This document shows positions 37,701-53,000 of a DNA stretch of 64,000 nucleotides, one piece after another. The translations under genes and the position numbers were made by a program. This stretch comes from Thalia democratica. Taxonomy: Eukaryota. The stretch is from assembly GCA_965202585.1 (NCBI GenBank), contig OZ241834.1:9858001-9922000 (forward strand), read 5' to 3'. Below the pieces are notes generated by a model that was given only the letters and a program-made list of their open reading frames with translations, did not search any database and was not told the DNA's origin. Within the stretch, counting starts at the first letter, position 1, and the number at the start of each line of letters is the position of its first letter.

Positions 37701-40700
37701 AAAAAATAATAGAACTTACAAATTAACAAAAACATACTAAAAAAAAACTGGTAAACTACATAACATATAATAACGTATGTTTAAACTATTACTTTAATTC
37801 TTTGGTCATACTTAGATAGTTTGATTGAAAAATTTAATAGAATACACTAAGTCTGCACTAAATAAGTATTCAAGAGATTGGAAAATAAACTAAAAAACAC
37901 AGTTTTGGTTAAAATATCTTTTGCCTTTTAAAGTTTCTGCTGGGTTTGCGTAAAACATTAAAAATAGAACTAGTTCCAAAACCAATTATATTACGACCGG
38001 CTTCATTTTCAAAAATGAGCAGTTTTGAACTTCAACACTCAAAAAAACATCCGGTGCTGTGAAATTACTGTGCAGTTTTTACTGCTCTTCGCTCGTTTAA
38101 CTACTCATTTTAACTGCTGACTCTACACTTTCAAAACCGCCTTGCGAAAGTTCATGCTGCCGATTTAGTTTCACTGTGAGACTCGAGTCCGGCAAAAGCA
38201 GTTAAGCAGGTAAACAAGAAAGTAACTGCTCAGTGCCAGTTGAGTTGTTTCACCAACACACTGTTTGCCTATCTCACAAACAGGTTTCGCTGCAGGCCGG
38301 TTATCAGCTGATTAATATGCGAGAAAGTAGCAATTCTCAATCAAGTTCGAGATCTCGGTTAAAGTTCGAGAACCGAAAATCATGAAGCGGTTTTTTGTGT
38401 TTAACAAGAAAAAAGCATTGTACGTTTCAAATAGAAATGTGTTACAACACTCCAAAACTTATAACTTCTTTTTTAAACAATATTTTGCTTTTTCTAGCTT
38501 TAGATTCTTACTTCGAAGTTTTTTTTTAATCAATTTATTATAACAAAAATACATTGATCCTTATTTTAACTAAAAAATTGTTTTCTTAAATTATATATTA
38601 ATACATACACTTATTTTTTTATAATTTGTTCTTATGAATACAATAAAGTATTTTTAATTGTACAATAATTGAAAAGTTTTATAGCAAAAACATATTATAT
38701 TAATTTTTTTTATTAATGCTATAATCAATTTAAGATAATGACAAAAAGCTCCATCTAAAACTTTTTATTATTTTTCAGAAAAGTCTGTTAAGTATAAAAC
38801 AAAGATTTCTATACTTACTAATTAAAAAAACTAATTTATTAAATATTAAATTATTTTGAATTGCCTTAACTCAAATTTTATTACTGTTATTAAAGTAATC
38901 AGATTAATTTTTTTTTTTTTGATTTAAAAATTAAAAAAAGGTTGCATTTAAAATGAATAAACTTAACTTTTAGAAATGCTTACCTGTAAAAAATAGTAAA
39001 GAACTAAAATTAAAGACTTCTGAAACTTTTAAGCTTTTTTAATCAAAAACAGCATGTTTTTCTATGACTTAAACAATAAACAAATATTTATTAAAGAGAT
39101 AATTGCTGCAAATTTATTTTATTAAAAACTACACGTATTTTTAAAATAAACACTATGATAAACAATCAATTTTCTCATAAATTTCGAAAAGTTTCGATGA
39201 GTAAAATGTGTGGTATAAGTTAACACAAAACCTTTAAACTGTTTAAAAAAACTCTCATTTAAATAAAAAAATTCCTTGTACCATAAACCTTGATAAAAAA
39301 AACTATTAACTTTTTTCATTAGTAGATTCTCCATAATTTTTTAACTATTACTAAAACATATACAACTATCACTTTATTTTCTTGTTTTTATTCCCTATTC
39401 TTTTTTAATCTCAAGTACAAACAAACTGCTCTTAGGACCTTTATAAACGAAAGACTTTTTCTGTATCAAGAGTGAAAACTTCAGCTTAATTTAAGAAACA
39501 AAACAGTTTTGAGCCGATTTAAATCAGAGTCAATTGCCGAGTATTAGTAACAACAAAAAAGTTTGCTAAGTTCAAGTTAATTGTTTCAAATTTGGATTTT
39601 CACTTGACTGTCACCAGAGTAAATTGCCAATGAACTAATATCAATTCAGGCTTCTCACCGACTAAAGAGAAACGAAAAACGCGTTTCAGTCTTTTCCGCT
39701 CCATCGGTTTCAACGACGCAAAAAGAGAGAGTGAAGCTGGTGCTATTATGACGTCATATCGCATTATCTCGCCGCCGCCAGAACAACGGTGGTTTTCAGT
39801 AAATAACTGTTTCAGCCTACTTTTCTATCAATACTCAGTGTGTTCATGCTTTTGCTGCCTGTGTAGATAACGTATGATTATTTTAACGTTTTTTTTGTTG
39901 ATAAAACTCTTGAAACTACTAGTCTGATAAGCTTTTAACAATATTGTGTGTTTATTGCAAACATTTTCCAAATTCTTAATAAGTCTGAACCTGTTAGTAT
40001 CTTTACATTATAAAAATATTTTATTTAAGCACGCTTATAACCAATCACGTTTAAAAACTCGTGCTTAAAATACGAAACTTTTACATGATATTATAAAAAT
40101 AAATAGGCTATAACAGTTTAAAACATATTGGGCTACTTCCTTATTTAAAAAATTAAATCTGTAATAAAAAACTTACTGTAACATACTGTTAATGTTTTTC
40201 ATAGTTTTAATGTTTTATGTAATATCACAAGTAAAAGTAACATATTTTAATACCTATGAATATTTCTTCAATTTCGGATTAAACAAAAAAAGATACTAAT
40301 AAATTCATTTAATTAGATAAAAAAGAATTGGTTCAATAAAAAAAAGTTCACAGAGTTAATCTGGCTTGCACAGGTTTCTACTTTAGAAGTGGATTGTGCA
40401 CTGAAAATTGAAACTTATAATACTGTTTTTAACTATATAAAGTAATTTGAGCTTTGACTAATAGCTAGACATAATGGATTTTTAAATTCAGTCTTGTAAA
40501 ACAATAACTTTTAAAATTTCAGAATAAAATTATATTTTCAGTTTGTCAGTCTGATTTTTAAAAAAGTTAAAAAAAAATATAGTTTTAAAGTACAAGCTAT
40601 TTGACTTGGCTATTTATAAATAGATAATCTTACATAGTTTACTTTAAAAATATTTTATTAAAATGCAAGGGCAAACAAAACTACCAGACCAAAAAATTTA

Positions 40701-43700
40701 TATTTTTTTAACCATCATGACCTCTGTTAATCGTCGGCTGCACTTTGTTTATTTTTATTAGCTCACAGTAACAAAAATACTATAAACAAAATGCAGACAC
40801 AACTGACACCTGCAATTAACCTCCCAGCAAACTGTGTGTATTTTGTGCAGCAAAATCAACCCTCTCAAAAGGTCACTTTGAAGGAGCGAGTAATTAAGAT
40901 AAGCTGCGAACGGAGAGCGGGCTGCAATTATTTTTGTATCGCCGGAATTATTCGGTATTTTTAGCAGTATTAAGTGTCATTAATGCGTCAATTGAAGGCA
41001 AATAACCGGAACGAGATGGGCTTCAACCACTAAGCAGCCGTCGTCTTACAATAACAAGCAACAAATACTGGAGGAAGAAGAGAAATTAAAAATCTCGCTA
41101 GATTCGATAACTCGTGATTGTGTCGCTCCTTTTTGTTAATTAGCGCTCAAGTGGCATCTATCAGTGTCACTCATCTCAAAATTCAATGTGAACTATCGGG
41201 AATTTTGAGGTATTTGCTGTCTTATTTCTCTTAATCCTGGGAGAGTAGGGTTTTAAACTATTATATATATTTACACTTGTACGAAAGTTAAAACCACTCA
41301 AAACAATAACTTTATGACAAGATTAAAAACTAATTAAAAATTTGCCGTATAGATAGTTATGAAAAAGTGAAAACTAATTAAAAGATTTTCAAAAATTTAG
41401 GGTAAACCACATATAGTTGCAAACATTAATTATCTGAAATACTATTTTTTTAAACTTAGCTTTAATTTTTTTTTTCAATATTTTACCAAATATTTTAAAC
41501 ACTTATTTTAAAGTAAAGTAAAAACATTTGAGGTAATTTATACTACTCTCCCTCCTGTATAAGTTATTGATTTAATAAAATATCTTAAATTTAATCAAAC
41601 TATACTTTTAGAGCAAATTTTTATACCGTCAATTTATTTAATGATGTTTGTAATTTCATATTAAACAATTGATTTTTTTATTTAGTTGTAGCTTTTAACA
41701 AAAACCTATTATCAAAAGATAACATATACTAGTTGTTGTTTGTAAAAAATTTTTTAAGCTATAAAACGACTTATTGTAAGTTTATCTAATTAATTGTTTT
41801 TCTTACTTTAAGTATTTTAAATAAAGTGTTCGTTAAGAAAATTGAAATACTTCGTAAGTTTTTTTAAGTAAAGTATTTTTAGTTTACGCTTCGATTTCAT
41901 TTTGCTGCAAACATTTAAAAGTTTTTTTTTGTAAATCAATTACTTGTAGTTACTCTTGAAAGAACGAAAAACAAATACAGTTTTTTAAGCTTTTTTAAAA
42001 GGTAATTGTGATTAAGCTACAATTTTATTTTTAATTAAAATAAGGTTAAGCTTCTATAATAAAAAAAAAAAGAAACTTTTGAGCTATCTTTATGTTATCA
42101 ATAGTTAGAAAATGTTTAAAAATCATAAATGTCTATTATTTATAGAAATGAATATCGTTATTTTTTAACATTATTAGATATTAATATTTTTTATGGTATA
42201 AGTTGTTTTAAAAGCTTGTTTAAATTATAATCATTAATACTTATTACTTGCACAACAACCAAATTAAAATATTTTTTTTTAGTAGCTTTAATTTAACTAC
42301 TAAATAACATTTTTATTTCATAATCTATAATTAGCTTGATTAAAGAACAGTTAAAGTGCTTCAAGTAGATTTTGTTTTTATAAAAACAACAAGTTCTTAT
42401 AATAAACAATTTCAGCTGTAGTTAAAAACAAATTTTTGGCAAGTCTCATAACTTTTTAAGTATCAAAAATTTTGGGTAAAAAACAAAGTACAAAATATGT
42501 TATGTTTAGAAAAGAAATAAATAACTTAATCAATTAAAAATATAGCAGCCTTAAATTAAAAACACTTATCTAGTTTATTTAATATTAAATTCTTAAGTAA
42601 CAACCGTCGCTGTTTTCATAATAAAATTTTAAAAGTATGTTCAACAAAAAATGCTTTAGTTGGTTGAACAAACAAGACTTATCTACGACCTACACTAAGT
42701 GAAGACCATTAACGTTTAATAAATGGGAAGTCATAAAAAGTTAACCTTTTCTAGCAAGCTCCAAGTATTTACCTATTAGGCTGTTCGAAAAGTCAAAAGA
42801 CTTTTTTGTTTGTAGGAAAACAGAAAGTTGTCTTTATTGGCGCCTAGGAAGCGATAATTAATCTTGATTATTGGTGACGTCAGGCTTAGCCAAAAAAAAA
42901 CCAATAAAATCAAAATTAAGAGTTAAAAATATCTAAGAAGGAGTACTGATTGCTATAATTAGAAACTAACTATGACAACAAGTTGTATAACTTCAAGATT
43001 AACTTAGATAATAAAAATAATATTTTCTTTCCAATTTTTACATGCTTTATTTAAGTTAAAAATAAGTAGTTGACTAATAACTCTGCAGAGTTTTAGATAA
43101 AGTTTTCAAAAATCATTTATTTTCAAGTTTAATGACTAACTTTTATATCAGCTATGGCTGATAAGTTTTATAGTTTATGAAATTTCCTTGTTGCATGATA
43201 AACTCTAAAATATAAGAATGGTGTCAAGTTAATTAGTAGTTTTTTGGCAAAAGATTACAGTTATTTTTTTAAAGGTAATTAACTTTTATTACTAAGGTTC
43301 AAACTTACACCAGCTTTGTTAAAACCTTCCACACTTAAAGTTCGTTTTTGATGTTAGTATAACAGAATCATACATTTGACTAATTTATTGCTTTAAAAAT
43401 TCGCATTATTTTACTTTGTTAACAACAACTTTTAATTTAACTTAAGTATCAACTATTTTCGAGGATTTTTTTCGAAAAATAATGTATTAAACCTTCATAG
43501 AACAAAGATAGTATAATTCATACTAACAAGAAAAATTTCTAAACATTTGTTTTAAGACACAAACAAATAGTGCATGCAAGTCAATTAACAGCAAGTCATG
43601 ACTTTACAATAGTCGTTATAAACACACATATGCAAACGCAATAAGTATGTAAAACATACAGAGCGTATATTCAACTTGTATCAAGTTCATTTAATATTCA

Positions 43701-46700
43701 GATTCGTGCTGTGAAGTCATGCTAACGAAGGGAAAGTTCACTGATTGGAATTTTTGTTGATACACAATTTTGTCACGACTTGAGTCGTTCAAATTGGCTA
43801 CTTAGAAGTTGTCTGTATATTTGCAACGTATTATGCTGGCTTTAAATGTATCATACAAATTTTCTAAAGTTTTTTTAAATGGTGTTTGAAATAAATAAAG
43901 TACAATTTATATATAACTCTTGATTTATCTGTAAAAACACAGACTTTGAAAAAAGTTTCTAAATTAAAAGTAAAAATCTTATTTTCAAGTTGACTGAAAT
44001 AGATTAATCATTTCTAATGAATTTAAAATTTAGCAAAAAAAAATGTTTAAAAGAATTATTAGCTGTACATATTTAAATGTAATCACGTGCTCTTAATGTT
44101 ATTTTAACTACAATTTTATTAACAAAAGGACATTCACAATACAAAAATATATATTGGCAGGTGCATGGAAGTATTCATAATTCCAATACTCATTGTGTTA
44201 AGGCTAATGTCAAAATTTTTAACATTCGTTTGAAATTTACTCAGATGTTCTATTATGACGTAATTGTGGAATTACGTATAGCTTCTAGTTAGGTTTTTTT
44301 TTTTGTTTAATTTAGCTTTCACGAAGATAATGGGATTTGTTTTATTTGACAAATTGTAACCGGATTTGGTTGTTCTAACTTTAAAGTCGAATGGAAAGAA
44401 GTATTTTGATTAGTTGACTACTAACTAGCTTGTAAAGTAGTTTTATATAATTTAGTTTTACTAACTTTTTTTAATGTATTAGTACCATTTGTTTCCCATA
44501 ACATATTCAGAACTATAATAGAAGTCAAATATTGCAGTATAACATAAACAAGTTTGTCACACGGCACACTTCAACAATCTCAACCGTTCACATCTTTCTT
44601 CTAAATTAAAGCGAAACGAAACTCAATTCAAAAACGTCAATCACTCCAGAGTCCGAGACGTTAATAACATGGTCATTTTCGCCTCTGTAGGAAATGTGAC
44701 CCTGTCACTTTTTATTTGCTTATATTCGCTTAATTGCATTTACTTCGCTTCATCCCGCTGCTCATACGCAGTTTTCTACTTCAATTAATTTTTATTAAAA
44801 TTTTCAATTCAACATAACATCGCTTAAATACTGGTTAATTATTTGATTGCACATTTAGAAAGAAAATATCTAAACCGAGTAGATCAATTAATTTTAATTT
44901 GTTTGAAACAATTTTAAAATAAAGTACCGTTTATCGTTTAAATTTGTTTAAAAAATCAAACACCTAACATCGTTTCTTGTTCACAATCCCCTTTTTTTTT
45001 GCTCACATGCAGAGGCTTAGCGCGTTTTCTAAGCACTAATAAGTTAGCGCACAAAAACAAACTTATCACAAAAACTCTCGGGTTAGAACGTTTACCTTAC
45101 GACTAGCTGTCAGGCACGCCAGATGGCAAATAAGCAGTTTGTGTTATTGTTAGACCACTAAATTCTGCCTTTAATCTCAGCACCAGAGAATTCAAGCGAT
45201 TTGTTTAGTGCTTCCGCGACACCTCTGCTTTTCTCAGTCGCCTTTTTGTTTGCCAGTTTACACAAGATGTGAATAAAGCGACGGGGCTTTGAATAAACAA
45301 TGAATGATAAAATGCGTTGTAAGGCGTTTTTAAGACTCTTGTTTTTGTTCCTACGCGTGCAGTGAAGCTGCCGTGAAAAAAACAATAAAAAAAACATTTA
45401 AATAGTATTGAATAAAATATCGCAACATTGTTTAAAATATGTTTGAAATGTTTGTGACGTGAAACTTGTTTTGTTGGTTTAAGTTTTATGAGCAGCAGTT
45501 ATTGTTTTTTAGTGATTAGAACTTTATAAATAAAAGAAATTCACAAATAAATGCAGACTTTGAATATAATACTACCTTAAATACTTGCATTAAAATAAGT
45601 ATTAACTTCAAGAACTAATTTTATATATCTTATACAATTTTAACTCACATACCTAGTGCTCAAAAACATGGTATTTTATTATTAACTGTGTGATAACAGG
45701 TTTAAAAACAAATATGCGCTGATTTTGCAGTTACAAATTAAATTTAGTATACTACAAGCATGAGCAACGCTTCAAGTTTTTAATTTATTTTCATATATTG
45801 AATTATCACGCTATTTACAAACAAAAAATATTTGTGTCACACAACTAAAACAAAAAAAGGAACGACAGTTTCACTATTAATACTATTTGAAAAAAGAAAA
45901 ACTTAATCTGATAAAAATCTTATTTGATATATATATCAAGTGCTTATATTAGTAAAAAATTTATTTGATAGAAAAAGTACCTGAACCAAAGAATTTAAAC
46001 AAAAAACGAATTTTAAGAAAATTATTAACAATTCTAAAATAAAAGAAGTTATTTTGTTTAATAAATTAATGTTTTACATACGGTAAGTTTTTATTTTATT
46101 AAAAATGTTTTCTTAATTTACACAATTAAAATGATATAACAAAAAATGTCATAACTAAAACTATTTAAATAAATTAAACTCCAAAATTAATAAGTTGATT
46201 GTTACCATTATTAAGAATAGCGACAATAACAAGAGCTCTTTTTTATAGCCTCGAAATAATACGGTCTGTAGCCCAGACAATTAACATTTCCTTTCACAAA
46301 AGCTGCAACTGACCTGTTAGAATATTATACTATATAAAACTGACTAATGAAAACCACTAGTATTTTAAACTAATAAAAAGCTTTCATTGTAAATAACCTT
46401 TTAAGTTTTGTATAGTCAGTATCAAACTAACCCAAAGCACTTTTCCAACACTGTTTGTGGTTGGAGCAGTATGGTTCCATTCATAGCAAATTGTTTTGTC
46501 ATAAACTGTGAAATGTTTGTTTTTAGTTTTTTTGTACAATATATTTAATAAGTTTAAATAGATCATAAAAGAAGTTTGTTAAAAGATACGTTGTGGAAAG
46601 CGAAATGTTTAAATAATATTTAAATAAGTGAAAGCGAAATATTTAAAATCAAATAACCTCTATCTCACAATAAAGTTGTTGCCATGTTGAATCTTTCTTG

Positions 46701-47097
46701 CTTAAGGTCTGTTTAATCTGTTTTCAAGCTTATTTCTTCAGGAAAACATGGATACAGTTTTTATTATTAGTAATGCCGCCTGTAGTTTCCATCAATAATT
46801 TAATTTTAAAATGCTAATTTGGCGAAACTCTTGAAAAATTAAGCAACATGAAATGAATATATTATTTATATTGGTGTTAGGTTTTCAGTAATAATGCGAG
46901 CTAGTCACAGTAGTACTTTGAGGTTGTTTTAATTTCGCTCTGGAAAAAAAAGTACATAGGGTATAAACATTTTAGTTGCAAAACTACATAATGGAGAAAA
47001 TAAAATTATAAAGTTATTCAACTATATATTCAGAAAACCAGCTTCAGTAGTAGTACTTATATTGTTTATTACACAAAAAAAAAAAAACAAGTTAAAA

Positions 47098-50000
47098 TCA
47101 GGTATACTTTTTTAATCGGGTTATTCTTGTCGGTGGGGATAAATAAGATTGTTGCTTTTTCGTTTTGCTGCTGTCATTGTATGTAGAATGAATTTTCTTG
47201 GTTTGTTCTCCTGGCGACACAGATGACCTGCGAAGCATGTTTAGTTAAACATTTCGTTTTGTATTCTGTAATATGAATTTTTAGTTTCTTTATAAACACT
47301 TCATAAAACAAAATACCTCTCAATACAACCAAGATTTATATAAACTACAAATTGTATTTTATTTTGTAGTGTATAAAGAATTTTGACTTTCGAATGAAAA
47401 ATTAAGAAATATCAGTCATACAATATTATTCATTCAGTTTGTTATGGTTTTCATATTAAAAACCTTCGATACTGGCTGCCATGGAATTCATTGTAATCTT
47501 GGTTTGGCGTTCTAGGCGACGAGGAAAGTCGTGAGTTCGGTGACCTGAGCGGCTGGTTGCTGTTTAGGGGGATTGCAGAGGAGGACGGCAGCCTCTTGTA
47601 GATGAAAAGAGGTTTTTTGCTGTTTCTATTGTTCTTGTCATCGGCAGCCACGTTGACCGGTGTGCTATATTGCCTGATGAGCTGCTGCTTCGGTTTGATC
47701 GATTTAGACGGCGATTCAGTTCTTGTGAATAGTTTTTTAGAGTTAGTTTGCTAAGTTTGGTAAAGAATATTTAAAGAATATTTGCAGAGTAATATGTAAA
47801 AGATAGATAATTTTTTAATTAGTATATTTTTAGTATTGTGTTCAATTTTTTTTTACTGAATAACAAATTATTACTTTATCATTCCCCTGGTCGAGTGAGG
47901 CTGGGTTACTTTTGTTTTCGATAAAACAGTCGCTTGTTTTTCCTTCTGTATTGAAATCAGCCGCGAAGCGTCAATCGAGTGTTGACTTTCCACCAAAGGT
48001 ATCTTTCTGTGATTCATAACAGCTATGTTTTTGTTACCGTTTTGCTTTTGCTGCAGTTTGGCAGGAGACGACAGTTTGGAACACAGGGACTGCTTTTTTA
48101 TAACCTTTACTTTGCTGACTTTTGTTGCCGGTTTACCTGTTAGAATGTCATTTTGTAGAGTTTTTTTAAATGGAATTTAGCTATAATAAAAAAAAATAGT
48201 TTACAGCTACATCATTCATCTGTTAAATAGTTAAACATAATTTTTTAATTAAACTAATTCTCAACGAAATACATTAGTTTTCTACACACTGTTATCTGGA
48301 GTTTCTTCATTTATCCGGGCAGAACTCGATAATCCGTTCACGTATTTATCTTCATCTTGCTTCTTCTTGGGCGAAACTGCGTTCTGTGTGAGTGTTCCGT
48401 CCTTCTCCATCCGCTCTATCGTGCTGCTCTCACCGAATCCTTCATCACTCAGCGCCTCCACGTCTTGTGTCGCTTTGAAATAATTATATTTAGTTTTAAA
48501 ACACTATCACAATTATTCAGCTGACATTTTTAAGGAGGTTACTAAAACCACTGTTTTTAAAACAAACTAGAACAATTGTAATTTAAAAGCATAACTTGTA
48601 ATATTTAAATTTTTATTAATATACACATTTGAAAAAATGAAAGTGTGTATTAAAGCTTTGATTTAAATTTGAGATCAAACAACTTACCTTCTGCTACGCG
48701 ATTTTCAACCAAACTTTTGTCCTCCTGGTACATTTTTTCCTGCTGTAAAGGCTTACAGCTTGTCAGCTTAACTTTAGAACCCATAGGTGGCTTTGATTTG
48801 ACATAACCACTAGAAGCAGGAATCTTGTTTGATGTGAATTCTTTAGATGCGTCTTTAGTTTTTTCCTTAGATGCTCTAAGAATAAAATTCGAATTAAGAT
48901 TAACTTGGCTTTAATAATGTAGGTTTTTGCTTACATTTTTTGCTTTTTAACTGCCATATGTATATATTCAGTTGTAAAAATTGAAGTTAATGTTGGTTGA
49001 AATTAATAACATTACATAGTTCTAAAAAAGGTAGAATACATAAAACTGTTAAACTAAAAATAAAATTTAGGAACTTACAGCATATTAGGTGAACTTCTTT
49101 CGTTGAAAGTTTAAAAAAGTAAAAAAATATATAGTATACAGTTTTAAAAATTTATGATAACAAGTACAAATTCAACATAAAACATAATTTGCAATTACTT
49201 CAATCGTAAACTTCCGGAAAATAGTAAATTTAGTTTCAAAATAAACAATATTCCTAAAAGAATTTGCATGTCTAAAACAATTAATCATTAATTTATACAA
49301 CTGAAGCAAATTTATTCTTCCAACTAATTCTAACAACCTGCTGAACTTGGACTTCATTATTCCAACGATGGACTTGGAGCTGGTGCTTCCGCGCAGCGGC
49401 GCCAGAGGTTTCGGTTTTATCGAAGGGGAACAACCTTTCAGGTTGGGGCACACCGCTTTGTTGATGGGAATTATGTTGAAGTCGAACGAGCCCGACCGGT
49501 GGTAGTCGAAGGGGATTTCCCTCTTGTAGAAGTCGCTTTGTGGTTTCAGCGGCGCCCTTTCGCCTGTTAGTAATGAGTGGTAAATAAAATTAACTTCCAA
49601 AGTGTCGGGCTTCAGAGCTTTAAAAAACAGTTAGTGCGGTCAGGCGCTCGTTACACGGCACTTGAAACGCAAGGCGTGTTAAATTGAAGCCATAAAACAA
49701 TAAGGGTGTGAATTTAATGTTTGTGAAATTCAATAATGTTTGTGTTTAAGTGACAACATTTGTAAAACAAACGAGCGAGTAATTGTAAACAAATTCGCTT
49801 TGATGCCGATAATGAATTTAACAGTGCTGCATTGTGATAAAATGTGTTTTCAAAGTGTTGCAGGAACTCACAGTTTTCAGCAAGTGTTATCCTGTGTTGC
49901 AAATTGTCGTTGTAGTTGTTAAACTTGCTGAACTGCTGCTTGGCCCCTGTTTCAGGGTTGTAGCACGTGACTGTGGACGTTTCTTGCGATGCTTTGTGCA

Positions 50001-53000
50001 TCATAAACTCTGTAAATTAGTATTGTTAGTCCGCAAGTTTTTATACTTTATGCATAATTGATAAGTTACTATTTTTATGTGATTAAATATACCAGAGTAA
50101 TAAAAAATAAACCGCAAACAGTATAATGCGTATGTGATTAAAAAACACTTAAGTATGCAAGTTTGGTACCAAAACAGTTTCCATTTGACTTCATAAAACT
50201 ATTTAAACAAAAATTCTAAGTATATTTTTCTATTTGTTATGCAAAAAACCTAAGAAAGTTTTAAAGCCATTTAACAGCATATTTTAAATGTTTTTGGAAT
50301 TAATTCAATTCTACCACTATTATATTCCAAATTTTATATGTCAAGTTTAAAGCACTCAAACATTTTTTAGAAAGTTTATGAAAACACTCAAATACCATTT
50401 TTGAAGTTCATGAATGAAAAGCTTTGAAAAAATGTGAATAAAACTTTATATATAGCTCTGCAGCTTGTAATTTTCTTATTTTTAGTATTTTTGGGTGAAA
50501 TATTAAACCAATGAATTGTTTGTTGGTTTGTAACAAACCATGCAATTTTGCAGCGTAAAAACAACTTTTTGATAAAATATTTAAAACCAAATTTTAAAAA
50601 GTGATATAATTATATTTTAATAATAAAAACAAACTTTGCTGGGGACAAACGAAATTGTCTTCACTACAGTTGTCGTCCTCGACTGCAAAATTATCGAATT
50701 CTTGCATCTGTGAAAATTTCACGGTTAGTTTAAGGTTTTTTGAAAAAAAAAAGTTAAATCAGTTTTGTTATTTTTTCAAAACGCCTTTTTATTATGTAAG
50801 TGTTTTTTTTAATTCTTGCAACTATGTCAATAAGTCTATGAGCTAGAAATAATTTGTACTTTGTGATTTTTTATTACAAACAGGTTTAAACTATAAACCG
50901 AAAAAAAAATATATGTAATATAACCAGTTCATTTAATTTAACTCAAAACAGAAAAACTTTTTTGGTTTAAAATTGTGTTCATAGAAAATAACTAACCATG
51001 CTATCTTGTTGCAAAAACATCCCAACTGGCAAAGACTCTGTTTTTTGATTTCCTCTCTGCATCATGTTGTTTAGACACAAATTAATTTCCTCCAGTGTCG
51101 CGTAATTTTTGAATGCATCCATGTCACTTGAATGAAAATAACTTTGGTCTGAAATTTTATATATATATATTTTTGCATACGTTATTTAAATTTATTTTTA
51201 CATTTTTAAAATAAATGTTACAGTAAATAAACGAGCGTTTTTAGTTACTTTAGGGTTAAGCTATACCTGTATAAGTAGTTTAAATAATTCATAACTTAGG
51301 TTAAACTACTCATACTTTATAATTTTTTGATTTTTGTTGTTTAAATACCATAAAAGTTTAACTTAATTACATAAATCAGTTAATCTGATCTGTTTGCTTT
51401 GTGTATCGTAAAACAGTGTAAAGTTTTGATGAATGAGAAAATATAAATCTTGAAAAGTCAGCTTCAATGATTCAAGCCCTTGAAAAGTACTTTGTGTGTA
51501 ATAAATTAATTTGTGTCACCTTTAAAGATTATGTAAGGTGCTATTAGCTGCCTTGTATTATAACATTAAAGGAATACTTTCTATCTGAGTAACTTTTAGT
51601 TTACATATTTGAGCATTATAAGTTTTGTTCAACTAATGGTTTGAACCATTAAATTAGTTTTATTATAATGTTTACATAATTGTATTGTGTTGTTTTTATT
51701 AAAGTTGTTTAACTTTTCATTGAACTTATTCACCATTATAAACGTTGCGTAGTAATTTTAGCCTATTGATTATTGATAGAAACTAACCTAGCAATCTTAT
51801 CGCTTCTTCTTGATCGTTACATGTCTCATCACTATTCTCCTCAGTACAGTATCTGTTTTTGTAGTAATTTTTAGTTTATTTTAAATAAACTACAATTAGT
51901 CTTTTTACTATTCAAAATGATATTAAAATAAAATAATACTGACAAGCTTTTAATTTTTTACTTGAGTTTTTTGTTGGATTTTAAAATTTTTGTTTTAAAG
52001 CGGTTATAATCTACTATTTGAGTTATTCAACTTAAAAACAAAACAAAACTTTACTTACACTTTATCATCCTTGTTTTGATGATTTTCGTTTTGTTGGTAA
52101 CCTTCTCCAACAAAATAATTATTTGCATAGAAAGAATTTCTGTTTGAAACATCATCTCCTTCCACTACAACGTTCACACATCTCTTTTGCGTTTCCGCCT
52201 TGACAGGTTTCTCACCTCCGTTTGGGTACATATATATAAATATACATATACGTAGATTAAACTTTTAAGTATCATCTATCATTATACTACTTAAAATGAC
52301 TTATTAGACTTTAGTTTTCGGCATTAACGGAAAATTATTCCCTACTAATATTCAAAAAGATTTGTAAAAAACAAAAAAAAATTCTACAAAAAGATTTGCA
52401 AAATTAAAACAAAACAATTTAGTTTCAGGCAGAAAAATGATACCACCAAAAACGAATCGTCATTAAGGGATTAAGATCTGGTAAACAAAGATTAACAACT
52501 GTAATACTAAGTAAAATACAGTTGGTTTATTTATAAAAACTGTCACACGCTTTTTTAAGTGTTTGCAAATAATCATTAGGCTTTAATGACGTTATCTAGT
52601 AAAAATTTTGACTAAAATCACATAATCTTATCTAATCGTTTACTTAAAAATAACAGCCTCACGAAATCGTAGGAACATGGCTTTTACTTATTTGTAAGTT
52701 ATCTGAACTTAGCGGATACTTTTAAAACTGAAATACAAGTAAAAAAACAATTAATAAAAAAGTAGTACTTTAAGTAAATTTTTAACCAGTAGTTTTCAAA
52801 AATGAAACTCTAATTTTCCTCTTTTCCGATCTTTTAAACAAATTTATATTTAAGTTTCTAGATACAGTTTGATTACTCACTAACTGATGAATACTTAATA
52901 AAGCCTGATTCATTTCAGTTTTCGTAATATTTGCTTATTCAAAAGTGTTTATAATCACTTGTAACGTTGTCGATTTCCGTCGAAGACCAGCCTCGATTTT

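Larger units (their letters stand above)
25455..45750 (-). repeat. Segmental duplication unit, copy B (inverted relative to A, 3' flank truncated)
   Basis: A+B coordinate sums stay near 47400-47560 across the gene. Similarity to the A/C 3' flank stops after gcgagctagtcacagtagta (~25460). Confidence 0.9.
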